Shown: positions 26,190 through 39,175 of the stretch, in pieces
Layout: each line of letters opens with the position of its first letter
How positions within the stretch are numbered: position 1 is the stretch's first letter
Assembly (NCBI RefSeq): GCF_018977255.1
Contig: NW_024704743.1
Location: 11,100,001-11,164,000, forward strand
Direction: 5' to 3'
Source of the DNA: Callorhinchus milii
Taxonomy: Eukaryota
DNA: 64,000 nucleotides
Translations under genes and position numbers: made by a program
Notes under the pieces: generated by a model
The model's input: only the letters and a program-made list of their open reading frames with translations
Database searches by the model: none
What the model was told of the DNA's origin: nothing

Positions 26190-26617
26190 CTTTTGGGAGG
26201 ACTATGTGGGAGGACTCCTATTGGGAGGACTCAGTGGGAAGACTTAGTAGCAGGACTTCTGTGGGAAGACTCCAAGCTGAGAGGACTCCTGTTGGTGTCT
26301 CTACGTCAATTGGTTAGACAGACGTTTTGTCATTATTAGTATAGATGTATCTCTTAAGAAGGGTGTGTGACCTCTGTCACTACTTTGTTGCAGAATACCA
26401 GGCATACCTTTTTGAGGGCTTAATGAATACAATTTTAAATATATTTTTTAACATAGCTCATCAACGATAGGAGATCCCTGAAAAAAAATGCCCAATACAC
26501 ACCCTATGCAAGACCTTTCTGATGAGGTATAAATCATGTCTTTACATCAGTTGGTTATTCCGTTCTTGGCAGACACACAAACACACAGACAGACATTTCG
26601 TCTTTATTAGTATAGAT
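26190..26617 (-). mobile_element. Non-autonomous Helitron-like element with GAGTCCTCCCA minisatellite
   Basis: Minus strand begins a|TCTATACTAATAAAGACGAAATGTCTGTCTGT, like known Helitron 5' ends; a second such start at about 26345; homolog at 32397-33270. No clear 3' CTRR/hairpin found. Confidence 0.5.
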
Positions 26618-27739
26618 TGTAAAGGACTCAGAGACACTACTCCAAGTGAAGGGCACCATATAAATACAAGTTGTTCTTGTTATTGAAGGCACTGCGTAAT
26701 GAGCACTCAGCCACACCAGCCAAATGGTTTCAGGTTTGTCTCTGGATTGTGTTATCTAATCTCACTTTGGGCAGCAATGCAGATACTATGATTGGTGTGA
26801 GTTCCCCACCAAGTTAGGGAGAGGATGATAAGACAGAGTTTCTGCTCCTATTTGCAACCTAGCCAGTTTCTCTCCTAATCGACACAATACAATTTTACAT
26901 TTATATGCATAGTTCACTTCAGGAAGATGTTTCATGCCTTCCTGGGCACTCAAGCTGGGAGGAAGGCAGCAAGGGGGAGCCTGAGGAGAATGGGGGGGGG
27001 GGGGGGGGGGGGGGGCAGAGATAACTGAAACCACTGTCGAAATAGTAAGTCTTAAACCAGGCTTTAAAAGTGGGATGGAAGGTGGCGAGTTACAGAGGCC
27101 TCTGGGATGGAGTTCCAGAGAACAGGGGTGTTCGGTTGTGTGTGCGCGGAGGTCAGGTGAAGACAGCATTGTGCTTGGCTGTGGTGAGCCTAGATCCCAC
27201 CACCCACATGGTCAAGATTCACACATGGAAAACGGCCATGAATGAGGTTGGGATATCATGGAAGCTTTCAGCAAGAGAAGTAAAATACAGCAACAAATAG
27301 CGGCCAACACGAGGAGTATTATCTCAGAGCACTTAACAATGGCAGAGCTTGATGCTGAGCTGGGGAGAGAGAGAGGAGGTAACTGTGACCGTAAAATAAT
27401 CAAATACCCCAGAGATACATTGTTTAGTTAAAAAGCAATTCTTGTAACTCAAGCAATTTAGGTGTTTCCGATGACCCCTGAATACAATACAAATGATGTG
27501 AATGTAAATGTTTCAACAAATCCTGTAATTGTGTGCAGTCTGAGGAGAGTGGGAAGTGTCATCCTTTGTTCTTTTCCTCCATGCGGTGCTGAGCTACTCC
27601 CGACATTCACAATATTTGTATTGTACTCAGGGGTCATTGGAAACGCCTAAATTTCATGAGTTACAATTTTTTTTAACTCAACAATATCTGTTGAGTCATT
27701 TATCTGACCCACAATTCCCCACCTACATAACAAAATCAA

Positions 27740-27955
27740 CTTCCTTTCAAGGCCGGTCTCAAGACCTTTCTCTTTGACCGTGCCTTCAGCTCCCCTCTCG
27801 ACTCTCTACCACCTCCTCGCTCCCTCCCTTCCCTCCCCTCACCCTGACCATTTCCCCCCTGCTCGGGTCCTGACCCAACTTTACAGCGCCTTGGGACGTC
27901 CTCCCAACGTGAAAGGCGCTCTATAAATGGAATCATGTTGTTGTTGTTGTTGTTG
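27740..27955 (+). mobile_element. L2 LINE 3' end
   Basis: Same 3' UTR and tail as 5905-6408. Confidence 0.9.
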
Positions 27956-28094
27956 ATAGCACCCTGACTAGGAGCACTGTAGAGTGTGTGTAGTTGGATG
28001 CTGAGAAAGGGAAAAGGGGGAGGGGTGGGTGCCAATAAGCTCGGTCGAAGAGGTTGGTTTTCAAATTGGGATTCAAAGGTGGATGAGCAATAAG

Positions 28095-28468
28095 AATAAT
28101 GATAATAATAATAATCCTTGCATTTGATATAACATTGTTGAGACATCTCAAAGCGCTTCACTGAATTTACTGTAAAGTGAATTAACTGTATATTTTAGTG
28201 GGCGAATTGCGGCAGCTAATTGCACACAGCGGTGTCCCACAAACTGTCGTGGATTGAGTGACCACATTTTTAAAATTGTTTTTTGAAGGGATTATTACCC
28301 CCGGAAAGTGATCTACCAATTAACTATCAACTGAGTTTCTACTTACTGCAAGGTAAACAGGAGTGTGTGGAGCAAGGAAACTTGCTTAAGTTTCACCCTG
28401 CCCGGGAATCAAACCCAGGTCCTCCAACTTGTGAGGCGAGTGCTCTTACCAATACGCTACATGACTCC
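28095..28468 (-). mobile_element. tRNA-derived SINE, long form
   Basis: Tail, CORE-like segment tacttactgcaaggtaaacagg and head, all on the minus strand. Confidence 0.87.
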
Positions 28469-29419
28469 ATGATGAAGAGGAGGTGAGGTGGAGAGATTGA
28501 GGCAGGGAGTCCCAGAGATTAGGGTCATAATAGCTGAAGGCTAGGCCAACAATGATGGCGCAGCGAGGTCGGGAGAGGGGGAGCTAACCATCCACTGTAG
28601 ATCCACAACGTTAATAACAAGAAATACTCTGAGACAATGGCTAAAGCTGCATAGCAGGAGCCCTGATCACCACGACACAGCAGTGTAACAATCTGTGTGC
28701 TGAATTTCTGTCTTCTGTTCATATTCATTCTTATCGCTAAAAATAATAAAGGCCCAATTTAAGAATTGATTTGCCGGTAGAAGTCAAAGGAATAATCCTC
28801 CCTAGCCATGGCAAAAATTAATTCCACTGTAACTACCCAAAAGGAAGGTTCAAAAGCTTGACTTTTTACAACACATATTTAGTCAACTTGTGTCTATTTT
28901 AACTATTTACTCGACACCATTTCCTCAGAAGATGTTTCTACAGATGAGATGTTCAACCGAGGTCTTGTCTGCCTGTTCAGGTGGATGTTAAAGATCCCAT
29001 GGCACTATTCAAAAATATAAGCGTGTGTCTCGCACTGTCCTGGCCAAACAATCCCCCTAATAAAATTGATCATTTGTCTCATGTCTGTTTTGTAGGATAT
29101 TCCTATGTGCAAATTGGATTGCCACATTCGCCTGTAAATACACAGTCATTACACATTACAGTAAATCCTGTGAAGTGCTTTGGGACATCATCCCAATGTG
29201 GAAAGTCTAAGCAGTTTATTATCACTATGTTTGCCTATAATTATCTTTGACAACTTAAAATACTGATAAGCTCTCTGAGACATTGCCCTGCATGGAGGGC
29301 AATAAGTTGTTATTCTACCATCTCATAATCTTAGAACGGATATCACAAGTACACTTTTTACATAGAGGATAATCACACTGTCATAGATGTAACATAAAAA
29401 GCCTCAGGGAACTTTTGAT

Positions 29420-29845
29420 GCTAGCCTGACTTAGTTGGTAATACTTTCGCCTCTGAGTCAGAAAGTTGTGGGTTCCAGCACTATGTTGGGACATTGAAAT
29501 CAAAATCGAGGCTGATATTCCAATACAGTGCTGAGGGAATGTTAAATTGTCACAGATGCCCTTCAGATGTAAGATTAAACCAAAGTCCACCCCCCACCCC
29601 CCCGATTAATGATCCCATGGCACTTTCAAAAAGAAGTTTCTCCTGGTGCCCTGGCCAATAAACCCTTAGATAAGAGTGGTCATTCACTTCACAGATGTTT
29701 GTAGGTCACTACTGTGTGCAAACTGGCTCCTGCATTTGCCTACAAACACAGTCATTACACGTCACAGTAAAATCTTCTGAAGTATTTTGAGATGTTTCAG
29801 CAATGTGATAAGGCTCCATATTAAATGCAAAGACTATTATTATTA
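29420..29845 (+). mobile_element. Near full-length Deu-domain SINE
   Basis: tRNA-like head (gacttagttggta...gcctctgagtcagaa...gggttc), gatcccatggcact, cctggtgccctggccaa and a (TTA)n tail. Further copies at about 28935-29210, 30570-30965, 33350-33550, 38620-38790, 47695-47960 and 48405-48680. Confidence 0.72.
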
Positions 29846-32396
29846 AAAATTGTAACATTTGCTCACAAAACACACAGTTGCACTAGTTCACAATATATCC
29901 TGTGAAGCGCTTTGAGATGTCGCGGCAAGATTATTATATTATCAAGCTAAATCACACTTTTTGGTAAGTCATTCCAGCTGTTGGTTAGTAAAGAAAAACT
30001 TCCTGGTGACTAACCTAAACTAATGACTGTACTTGTGACTTGCTGTCGTGCCTGCTTGGCATAGAATGTAGGCAAGATAAATCACTCGCTCCAATTTAGG
30101 TTCATACTACTGGAGATTCTATTAACCTGCTGCCGCGACAAAGGGTTGGTTTCACCAGGACGATGTCATGCATACAAAGAAGGCAAATTAGTGTCTGCAA
30201 TGACGCCCATGAGCTGAATTGTTACTGTGCTAAAAAAAGAGAAGAGAGCTTTGTTTTACTGTGGCAGAAAGATGGACTAATATATTGAGAGAGCCATCAG
30301 CTTTCAAATGAAAATTGACAATGTGATTATCTGCCAGAATGAACGATGGGCTTGCATTAACATGCATCGGGAGATAATAGCGTTTGAATACAGAGCAAGT
30401 GCGTGGCAAATGAAACAATTCAGTGTTTCGTAATTCTGCTGCACACAATGTTTTTTTTCACTGGCGGGATATTGCCCGGACACTCTGTGCAGACAGAAGA
30501 ACAAATGCATCCAATGCAAATGCAATTTCCCCAAAATAAGATATTCCAGTAGCACACCATCTGAGACGCAAAATAATCATCCTTGCATTTGATATAGCAC
30601 CTTATCACATTGTCGCAATGTCTCAAAGCACTTCACAGGATTTTACTACGGAGTGTAGTGACTGTGTATTTGTAGGCAAACTCGGCAGTCAATTTGTGCA
30701 CAGCGATGTCACAAAAAATTACACCAAAGACCCATCCAACTCTACCCTACCAAACAGCCAAGTAGTGAATGACCATTTTGTTTATTTGGGCGATTGTTAG
30801 CCAGGATGCTGGGAGAAACTCCCTTCTCTTTTTGAAGACTGCCATGAATTCTTTAATCTGAACAGGCAGGACCTCAGTTTAACGTCTTATTGGAAGAACA
30901 GTACCTCTGACAATGCAAAACTCCCCCAGCACTGCATTAGTGTTAGCCTAGACGATGTGAGTTCAAAGTCCCAACTACATGCAGCCATAATAGGGTCATG
31001 TGTCCTTGTACTAATATTTTGCAATTATTATACACACATTTTTGCCTTACATGTCAGAAGGATACACTGTAAAGAGTAGTGACTGTGTATTTTGTAGGTA
31101 AACCGGACATCAATTTGCACACAACATCATTGTTTCAGAAAATGTTGGGTCGTTTGGTCAGAGCAGATCGTGGCAACAGAAAATTGAACTTTTATGAATG
31201 CTAGTTTACAGGATACTAGCCCAGTGTACAAATACCAGCTGACCGGGCAGCTGAATAATAAATACCGCTGAGGTGTGTTGCAAAATGTTTTAATGAGATT
31301 TCATGATTGGCTGCATTAAACCTGGCATTTCATTCGAAATGTAGTCCACTCTGACCCCGAGAGGACCAAAACTCATCTCAAGCCAGACTGGTAAATTCAT
31401 GCAGCTGATTAAGTTAAAGCTTCACATGGTTCCCACGCCATCTAGAAATAGGTATTGTGAATGAGGGAGTTTTGCTGTGCTTGAGGGATTCATAATAAGA
31501 CAAGTTATAAACAGAAAACAGGTCTCGTCAAAATTTACAACCGCTGCATTTTAATTCAATCGGGAGAAGTGAAAAACAGTCATATTTTTCCCTCCTCAAG
31601 TGGAAGCAGGAGGGGAAGAGAAGGGAAGGGAGAGGCAAATACACAAACAAAAGAGGGAATATTGACATTAACTTCCTGTTAATTCAATCACTGCAATCAG
31701 TAATAAAAGTCTATTTAATGAATCTTAATACTCATATTCAGGAACCTTTAATTTTCTCCCTTTATTGTAGACTGTGAAGTGGGATCATAGCCATTCCCAC
31801 ATGCTGTCTGCATTGATGCTCTGGCAACTTGGAACAAAAGGCTCCATTGTGATTACATTTGGCACATCTTCACATGTTCCTTATTTTATTACAGTACTCA
31901 TTACATTGTCATAACATGACAAGAAACTTTTATGTCCGAGTTTCCCCCCATCCAAAAAGTTCCATATAGCCCACAGAAGGAAAGGGCAGAATTAAAGAAG
32001 ATTTGACAAGTGATCACAGTTTTCATTGACTGTGTTCCAAACGAGCCCAAATTCCACTTTATGACACATTACTGCCCATTAAACTGAATGTTCCGTAAAT
32101 TTGCATTTCACACTTCCATCTCTAGATCCTTCTCTCTCTCTCACCACCACACCCCCAAATCTACTCCTCCCCACTCTCTCCAGTTCATTAATGAAATAAA
32201 ATCAATGTGAAAAGTGAAAGGAAGAGAGTAACAGCAATCCTCATGTGCCTTAAGCGTGTAATTTAACAAGATAGTTGTCAAGGCAACAGGGATGCTCAGT
32301 GCTAGAATCGTTGTTTTTCATATGTCAGTCGTTCACAGTTTTTCCCCCTGAAATTACTCAGTTTTTCCCTCTGAAACAAAAGCTTGGCAGCACTTC

Positions 32397-33270
32397 TCTA
32401 ATACTTATATCCAATTTATGTAGAGACATGATTTATATCTCTTCAGAAAGGTCTTGCATAGTGGAGCGTCATAGATTCATAGATTCATCAAATGTTACGG
32501 CACAGAAGGAGGCCATTCGGCCCATCGAGTCTGTGCCGGCTCTTTCACTTACCCCAATCACCAGCTTTCTCCCCATAACCCTGCAAACCTGTCTTCCCCA
32601 GATACTATATCATGGGCATATTTTTTTCAGGGATCCCCTATCGTTGATGAGCTATGTTTAAAAAATGCTTTAATTAAGCCCCAAAATATGAGGTATGCGT
32701 GCTATTCTGCAACAATAATAATAATAATAATAATAATCCTTGCATTTGATATAGCGCTTTTCACGTCGGGAGGACATCCCAAAGTGCTTTACAGAACACA
32801 CTGTAAAGTGAATTGACTGTATATTTGTGGGCGAACGCGGCAGCCAATTGCGCATAGCAATGTCCCACAAACAGTCGTAGATTGAAAATGACCAATTTGT
32901 TATTGTTTTTAGTTTTGGAGGGATTATTATTAGGCGTGTGGAGTAAGGAAACTTGCCCAAGGTTTCGCCCTGCCTGGAATTGAACTCAGGTCTCTCACTT
33001 GCAAAGCGAGTGCTCTAACCACTGAGCTACAGGAAATTACATGCCCTCTTTGAGAGATACATCAATACACCTATATTCTGCAAAAAGGTAGTGACAGAGA
33101 AATGCTATGACCTAAAGAAGCTCATCATACAAGGAGTTCTCCTACTGAATCCTCCCAATAGAGTCCTCCCACTGAGTCCTACCGAAAGGAGTCCCCCCAC
33201 AGGAGTCCTCCCGGTTGAGTACAGGTAAAGACGAAATGTCTGCCTGTGTGTCTGTCTGTGTCAATCTACA
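32397..33270 (+). mobile_element. Second Helitron-like copy, interrupted by a CR1 tail (32470-32605) and a SINE (32715-33033)
   Basis: cagggatcccctatcgttgatgagctatgtt, the gagtcctccc array and taaagacgaaatgtctg match the reverse complement of 26190-26617. Confidence 0.55.
32715..33033 (-). mobile_element. Young tRNA-derived SINE (short form, L2-type loop)
   Basis: Reverse complement near-identical to 40497-40814. Confidence 0.95.
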
Positions 33271-35219
33271 TTCCATATTGGATCCTTTGGTTCCAAACAA
33301 AGCTGCAACCAGACGGCTCAGACTGCTTTTCTATTGCCTGCTCTGGTGTTATCCTTGAGTCAGTTGCTGACACTCTCGCCTCTAAATCAGAATGTTGTTG
33401 GTTCAAGCCCCACATCAGGACTTGAACTCACATTGTCTAAGGCAAGCTGACAAAATGCAGCTCTGAGAGTGTGCTGCATTATCAGGGGTGCACATCCTTT
33501 GGATGAGTTGTTAAACTGAGGTCCTGTCTGCCTGCTCAGATGGACATTAATGAGTGCCGCCACTCATCACTCAATCCCCAAAACCTCGGCTATGCCTATA
33601 GCTACCTATTGGTCCCGATCCCTGGGAGTTAGCCCTGCCATTACCTGCCAGCTCCTGCCAACCTCACTCCTAGAGGCCTCGCTGCTACTACTCACCTCTC
33701 ACACTGATCCCACTCCTGCATTAACCTTGCGCCGGAACAGCTCAGTTTGTCCCGCTGCCGCTATTCCTAGTTACCTCCTGCCCATCGGCTTCGAATCTGC
33801 TCCCGGACGCTCTTGGGTTCCTCTTCTCCTCACTCCGCATTCATCGAATGAGCCTTCAACTCTCGCGTCAGTTATTGCCGCTTGTTCACCTGTGGCCCCA
33901 GAGCTCGCTGTTCGCGTCTGCTCCCAGCACTCGCTGTTTGACTCTGCTCGCTGATCGCATCTCCTGATATAGGGCCTGATCACATCTTCAAGACATCTCA
34001 ACGTGCTTCAACTATATATTTTGTGGGCGAATCACAGCAGCCAATTGCACACAGCAATGTCCCACAAACAGTCATAGATTGAGTGACCAAATTATTATTT
34101 TTTAAGGGATTATTACTATCTGAAAAGTGATCTGCCAATCGACTAACTAACATGCTCTGTGCAAATCATCCTGCAGTGCTTGCCTACACTTTATAGTAAA
34201 TCCTGTGAAGCACTTTGAGACAATCTCCTCGAATGAAATGCACTATATCAAATGGTATTAATATTTAATATTATTATCACTATTACTGTATAAGGCTCAG
34301 GAGAAAATTATTATTAATGTTATTATTGTTGTTAATTATGTGCAGAAGTAATGTCAGCACCATGATGACCTGAAAGTCAGCCAATTTTCCATGCCTCATA
34401 CCCTTCCAAATCCACCAATTATAACAGATCAAACCGCTGCATTTCTCAATGCTGCTCACAAAGCGTTGGTGTGGATTAGCACTTGTGTTTGCCTTGTGCA
34501 ACAGTAGTCACCACCAACAGCAACAACAAATTACATTTGTAAAGCGCCTTTTATGTCGGAAGGACGTCCCAAGGCATTGAACAGGCAGGAATTTGGACCA
34601 GAGCTGGGAGTTGGGATCGAGAGGAGTGGAGGACAGTGAGGGTAGGGGTAGGAGGGTGACCACACTTCAAAGTAACTCATTTCGGAAAGAGCTTTGAAGC
34701 ATTTAAGATGCAAGTACGTTCTACTTATTTATGGGCAAGCCTATTAATGTTTATCAGAAATACCTTTATTAACACAGACAACTCTGTGGAAATAAGTTAT
34801 ATTCTGAATTTTGTCCTTGAGAGCAATAACAACCCGGTTTTTAAAAAAGAGAGCAAGTAAACTCTGAGCATTTAAACTTTAAATTGAATTGCTTATCACA
34901 GCCAGTTCGCCTAAATTGCAATACTTTGTCAAAGCAACTCAAGACAAAGAGTTCTTTGTCACCTGGCGTTAGTCATTCTTATGGCCAAATTCACAAAATA
35001 TTATTTATTTATTTTTGCTGACACTGTCTGCAAGTATTCTGGATATTAGCAATGCTATGGGTCTCATTTCAACAGAGACCTTTAACTGAGATTTTATCTC
35101 TATCAATTAATTCCATATCAAATGACCATGCTGACATGCGAGTTTATGTCCTGCATGGGTCAAAGTTTAACAGCTCTATTGGCCCACTCAATGCAGGTTG
35201 CCGAGCAAATTAGCATTTA

Positions 35220-35423
35220 CAACAACAACAAGATTCCATTTATAAAGCGCCTTTCACGTCAGGAGGACGTCCCAAGGCGCTGCACAGTTGGGTCATGACC
35301 CGAGCAGGGGGGAAATGGTCAGGGTGAGGGAAGGGAGGGAGTGAGGAGGGGGAAATGGTCAGGGTGAGGGGAGGGAAGGGAGGGAGCGAGGAGGGGGAAG
35401 AGAGTCGAGAGGGGAGCTGAAGG
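35220..35423 (-). mobile_element. L2 LINE 3' end
   Basis: Near-identical to 11680-11880, including the duplicated ggggaaatggtcagggtgagg block. Confidence 0.92.
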
Positions 35424-35974
35424 CTTATTACAAACAAAAGGCATGTGTGAGAGAAAGAGAGAGAGTGTGTGTTACGTTCAGATGTGTGGTGGAGAGCAGG
35501 AAAATGTTATTCAAAGCACGAATTTTTTCACTATACAACCTTGAATTTATATCTCCATTGCAATTCATGTTAATCCTTGGTCACGAACCAGTAATAAGCA
35601 TGAACGTTCAAGCTGAATAATTCATACATAAGGTCCTCTGTTGAAGGCTCTCTTTGGGAGTAAACAAAGTAAATGTTATAGCAAGGGTCATGTTAAGGGG
35701 AGAATGTTTTATATCACTGAAACAGAGAGAGACAGACTTAGAGAATGAGAGAAAGAAAGAGAGATGGAGACAGATAGGCAATGTGCTTCATATCCAAAGT
35801 ATATCTGCAAGAGAGATGGGGAGCAGCCAGCATGATTTCTACATAGAAAGATAGGAATAAAGAAAATTAGTATCAGGAGAAGGCCATTTGGTCTATCAAG
35901 CCCACTCTGTAATGTTTGACTCAGTTAGTACTACTCTTGCCTTTGAGTCAGAAGGCTGTGGGTTCAAGCCCCAT

Positions 35975-38596
35975 ATTTGAATATAGGAAGTACAGAGGAG
36001 AAGTGGAAAGGGAAATAAGATGGGCAGAAAGATTGTACGAGAAAAGATTAGCAGGAAACACAAAAGGGAACCCGAAGGTACTTTATAAGCATATCAAGAG
36101 TAAAAAGTTAGTCAATGGTAGGGTGGGTCCAATTAGGGACTCAAGTGGAAATCTTTTTGTTGAGGCAGAGGGCATGGTTGATGTACTAAATAAGTACTTT
36201 GCAACTGTCTGAACAAAAGAAGATGATGCAACTAATGCCACAATATCGCAGGCGTGTGAACAGAAATTGGATATAATAAAAATCAACAGAGAGGAGATAC
36301 TAAAAAGGCTGTTGGTGCTCAACATAGATAAGTCACCTGGTCCGGACAGGATTCATCCTGGGTTACTGAGGGAAGCAAGCGTGGAAATAGCGGAGGCTCT
36401 GGCCACAATCTTTCAATCCTCTTTGGACACTGGAGTGGTGCAAGAGGACTGGAAGGTTGCAAATGTTACTACCCTTTACAAAAAGGGGCAGAAAAATAAA
36501 CCTGAGAACTACAGGCCAATCAGTAGTAGCTAAACTTCTGGAGACCATAATCTGGGACAATATAAATTCTCACTTAGAAAAATATGGTTTAATCAAGGAC
36601 AATCAACACGGATTTGTTAAAGGAAGATGGTGTCTGACAACCCTAATAGAATTTTTTGATGAAGTGACTGAGAGGGTGGATGAAGGTAGTGCAGTAGATG
36701 TAGTTTATCTAGATTTTCAAAAGGCATTTGACAAAGTGCCACCTAAGAGACTTATAAACAAAAAAGAAGCTCACAGTATTAAAGAGACCGTGGCAACATC
36801 AACAACAACAACAACAAAATTACATTTAGAGAACGCCTTTCACGTCGGGAGGACGTCCCGAAGTGCTGAACAGTCAGATGTCGGGGCCCAAGCATGGGGG
36901 AGGGGTGGTGTAGGGGTGAGGGAAGGCAGAGAGGTGGGAGGGTGATCGAAGGCACGATCGAAGACAAGGGTCTTGAGACTGGCCTTGAAGGAGGCAAGGG
37001 AGGAAGCGAGGCGAAAGGACCGTGGGATGGAGTTCCAGAGAGTGGGAGCAGAAAGGCTGAAAGCCCGGCCACCGATGGTAGAGCATGTTGGGCAGGAGAC
37101 ATGGAGCAGACTGGAGCCTGCTGAACGGAGGGAGCAGGCAGGTTGGTAGCGAGTCAGCAGGTCAGAGAGGTAGGAAAGGGCAAGGCCATGGATGGACTTG
37201 AGAGTGAGGAAGAGGATCTTGAATTCGATCCTCTGGAGAATGGGGAGCCAGTGGAGTCGGGTGAGGGTGGGAGTGATGGGGTCGCGGAGCCTGGTTTGTG
37301 AGAGTACACAAGCTGTAGAGTTTTGGATGATCTGCCGCTTGTGAAGGGAAGAGTTGGGAAGGCCGATGAGGAGGAAGTTCCCGTAGTCGAGACTTGATGT
37401 GACGAATGCGTGGGTGAGGGTTTCGGCAGCCTGAGGGGTGAGGCAGTGGCGGAGTCTGGCAATGTTGCGGAGGTGGTGGTAGGCAGTGCCGGTCATGGTG
37501 CGAATTGTGGGGGAGAAAGGGCAGTTCAGGGTCGAACAAGATACCCAGGTTCCTGACTGGCTTGGATCCAGAACTAGCTAGGAGACAGAAAGCAGGGAGT
37601 GGGTAGTAAACGGTTGCTTTTCTGACTGGAGGGAGGTGTGTGTGGTGTCCCTCAGGGGTCAGTATTGGGACCACTGCTCTTTCTGATCTATATTAATGAT
37701 CTGGATATAGGGCGCACAAGTTCCAAATTTGCAGACAATACTAAGCTAGGAAAAGTAGTTAATGGTGAGGAGGATAGCACCAGACTCCAAGAGGACTTAG
37801 ACAGATTGGTAAAATGGGCAGAAACGTGGCAGATGAGGTTTAATGTGGAGAAATGCGAAGTGTTGCATTTTGGTAGGAAGAATGAGGAGAGGCTGTATAG
37901 GCTAGATGGTACAATCTTAAAGGGGACAAATGAACAGAGAGACCTGGGGGTCCACATAAGCAAATCTCTGAAGGTGGCAGGACAGGTAGATAAAGCTGTT
38001 AAAAAAGCATACGGGATACTAGGCTTTATAAATAGGGGCATAGAATTCAAAAGTCATGAGGTTATGTTGAATATTTATAAAATGCTGTTAGGCCTCAGTT
38101 GGAGACTGCATTCAGTTCTGGTCACCACACTTTAGGAAAAGTGTTAGGGCATTGGAGAGGGTGCAAAGGAGGTTTACCAGGATGGTACCAGGAATGAAGG
38201 ACCTTAGTTATGAGGAGAGGTTAGCGAAACTAGGATTATTCTCCCTAGAGCAGAGAAGATTAAGAGGGGATTTAATAGAGGTTTTCAAGATCATGAGAGG
38301 ATTTGATAGGTTGAACCGGGAAAAACTGTTTCCACTGGCATGTGGAAAAAAAATTCACCCAGCGAGTTATTCAGATATTCAGATCTGGAATGCATTACCT
38401 GAAAATGTAGTGGAAGCCGATTCAATAACAACTTTTAAAAGAGAAGCAGATGGGTATTTGGGAAGGACAGGATTGCAGGGCTATGGAGAGAAAGGGGGCC
38501 ACTGGGATTGAGTTGGATTGTTCTTTTCAGAGCTGGCCCAGACATGATGGGCCGAATGGTCTCTTTCTGTGCTGTATGATTCTATGATTCTATGAT
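35975..38596 (+). mobile_element. CR1 LINE ORF2 (RT) and 3' end, 5'-truncated, split by an L2
   Basis: KSPGPD, NYRPIS, QHGF...[40 protein letters not shown]; tail gggccgaatgg...(ATTCTATG)n. Confidence 0.95.
36798..37561 (-). mobile_element. L2 LINE 3' part nested in the CR1
   Basis: HLRNIARLR...RLHWLPI; CR1 frame ETVAT/WIQN resumes on the other side. Confidence 0.93.
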
Positions 38597-38896
38597 TAGG
38601 AGTTTAAACTAATAGTCTAGGTTGACCCTCCAATGCAGTGCCAAGGGTGCACTGCATTGTTGGAGGTGTCATCCTTCAGATGAGATGTTAATGCAAGCCA
38701 GGTGGATGTTGAAGATCCCATGGCATTATCCGAAAAGAGAAGCGAGTATCTGCCCAGATTGTGTCCAATAATCCCCCAGAGAATATTGACCAAGGTAAAG
38801 GTGAAGGTGCCTGGATAAAATCGCTGACTGGAGGTCATGTGAGGCAGGCATAACAATGGACTTTATTACTAAAAAGATGCCATGTATTTCTGTATG

Positions 38897-39175
38897 GGAG
38901 TCCCGTAGCTCAGTGGTTAGAACACTCGCCTCACAAGCAAGAGGACCTGGGTTCGATTCACGGGCAGTGTGAAACATTGGGCAAATTTCCTATTCCACAT
39001 GCCTCTGTTTACCTAACAGTAAGTAGGAACCTGGTTGTTAGTCGATCGGCGGATCACTTTCCCAGGGATAATAATCCATTAAAAAAAATAATAATAATTT
39101 GGTCACTTAATCTATGACTGTTTGTGGGACACTGCTGTGCGCAATTGGCTGTTATGTTTCACCCGCAAAATATAC
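38897..39175 (+). mobile_element. tRNA-derived SINE, long form
   Basis: ggagtcccgtagctcagtggttaga head plus CORE-like segment. Confidence 0.88.

Noticed and set aside
26193..26290. Short regularly spaced repeats (GGGAGGACT) resembling a CRISPR array
   Set aside because: Units are 12-14 bp with no unique spacers, there are no cas genes and the context is vertebrate.
26519..26560. CTGATGA as another hammerhead
   Set aside because: No stem II or GAAA box follows.
26992..27015. G24 run (and C25 at 59910-59934) as functional G-quadruplexes
   Set aside because: Homopolymer expansions inside old repeats; lengths may be sequencing artefacts.
31217..31253. CTAG plus nearby palindrome as the missing Helitron 3' end
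   Set aside because: Position and orientation do not fit either Helitron-like copy; a double E-box explains it equally well.
33550..33960. CpG-rich segment with a 134-aa ORF
   Set aside because: No recognisable domain or exon structure; it sits inside a SINE and may be a LINE 5' UTR fragment, which I cannot confirm.
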